Notes under the pieces: generated by a model
Told to the model about the DNA's origin: nothing
Database searches by the model: none
Seen by the model: the letters and a program-made list of their open reading frames with translations, nothing else
Shown here: in pieces, positions 63,481 to 64,000 of the stretch
Numbering within the stretch: position 1 is the stretch's first letter
How the letters are laid out: every line of letters starts with the position of its first letter
Position numbers and translations under genes: made by a program
Assembly (NCBI GenBank): GCA_964577565.1
Contig: CAZNZL010000001.1
Coordinates: 334,566-398,565 of the forward strand
Direction: 5' to 3'
Source: an uncultured Candidatus Saccharibacteria bacterium
GTDB taxonomy: Bacteria > Patescibacteriota > Saccharimonadia > Saccharimonadales > JAGQNJ01
Length of the DNA: 64,000 nucleotides

Positions 63481-63999
63481 ATGTCCAGACCTGAGAAGAT
63501 AATCGGTTTAGCGGGTGCGAGTTGTAGTGGCAAAACCACACTCGAACGCAACCTTATCACCTTATTGGAAGACGAGTTAGCAATCTTTCCGTTCGATGAC
63601 ATGTTTATTGGTAGACCAGCATTGCAGGGTGTAAAGGTTGATAACTGGGAAAGCCCTACCCTGTATCGATGGGATGATTTCTTACATGGTGTCAGCGAAC
63701 TAAAGCTTGGAAATGCAGTAACGATAAAGGCCAACTCACGAGAGAGCAAAGACGCTGGTATTGATACGAGAGTTATTGAACCCCGTTCATTTGTCATTGT
63801 AATAGGGTTTCTGGCATTGCATGATGAGAGAATACGAGCTTTCTATGACGAAATGATATTTATCGAATTACCTGAAGAAGAGATTATTAGACGCAGAAAA
63901 GCAAGAGCGAACCCTGATAGCCCCTGGGACAGCGATGAGTACATCAATAATTCACTTATCCCAGGGCACCACCGATACGTTGAGCCACAAAAAGAGTTT
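63481..63999 (+). CDS. P-loop nucleoside/nucleotide kinase (uridine-kinase / NRK-like), 3' end beyond the window
   Basis: Absent from ORF track (no stop). MSRPEKIIGLAGASCSGKTTLERNL... is open to the window end. Preferred over the antisense track ORF 63468..63797. Confidence 0.7.
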   Translation, partial: MSRPEKIIGLAGASCSGKTTLERNLITLLEDELAIFPFDDMFIGRPALQGVKVDNWESPTLYRWDDFLHGVSELKLGNAVTIKANSRESKDAGIDTRVIEPRSFVIVIGFLALHDERIRAFYDEMIFIELPEEEIIRRRKARANPDSPWDSDEYINNSLIPGHHRYVEPQKEF

Positions 64000-64000
64000 G

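Noticed and set aside
63468-63797. 109-aa minus-strand track ORF
   Set aside because: The plus strand encodes a P-loop kinase (GASCSGKTT) that stays open to the window end. The track missed it because it has no stop in the window.
1-64000. CRISPR arrays, rRNA genes, transposase or IS elements, tyrosine integrase
   Set aside because: No regularly spaced direct repeats, rRNA-like stretches, DDE transposase or tyrosine-recombinase motifs were seen in any track ORF. The only recombinase is the serine type at 15660.

Overview
The window holds about 76 supported genes, mostly on the minus strand. The gene set is compact housekeeping (uvrA, uvrC, obg, alaS, metG, mnmA, ftsA, mltG, ruvX, secG, rplY/ctc, sbcB, tatD, a NifS-type desulfurase). 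It also includes many tiny membrane ORFs, a LysM-CHAP wall hydrolase, two WhiB-like proteins and a GH37 trehalase. This looks like a small-genome Patescibacteria/Saccharibacteria-type episymbiont, which is inference only because no search was possible. RNA genes are five tRNAs, all on the minus strand with encoded CCA (Gly-GCC, Phe-GAA, Val-TAC, Leu-GAG, Leu-CAG), and one tmRNA on the plus strand. Hand counts of sample lines give a background of roughly 32-50% GC, interrupted by GC-rich segments of about 55-62%. (1) 5265-9200 abuts the 3' end of tRNA-Gly and carries a three-gene operon led by a 911-aa PHP-phosphoesterase/SMC-like ATPase fusion; this is my top candidate for a novel defence-type system. 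(2) 11479-11828 is a stack of orphan tRNA-Val 3'-end copies separated by GC-rich filler. (3) 54985-56430 is a pyrF-like/pyrE-like pair driven from an AT-rich native-looking promoter region. A large serine recombinase (15660-17249) ends 22 nt inside tRNA-Leu(GAG) and sits beside an HTH gene and unknown cargo. Other items are two cassettes of small membrane proteins, several recurring structured or palindromic repeats, a 430-nt highly structured intergenic region, in-frame insertions in MnmA and TatD, and several small ORFs missing from the ORF track. No CRISPR array and no rRNA were seen. All calls come from reading motifs by eye; GC values are hand counts, and no database result is implied.
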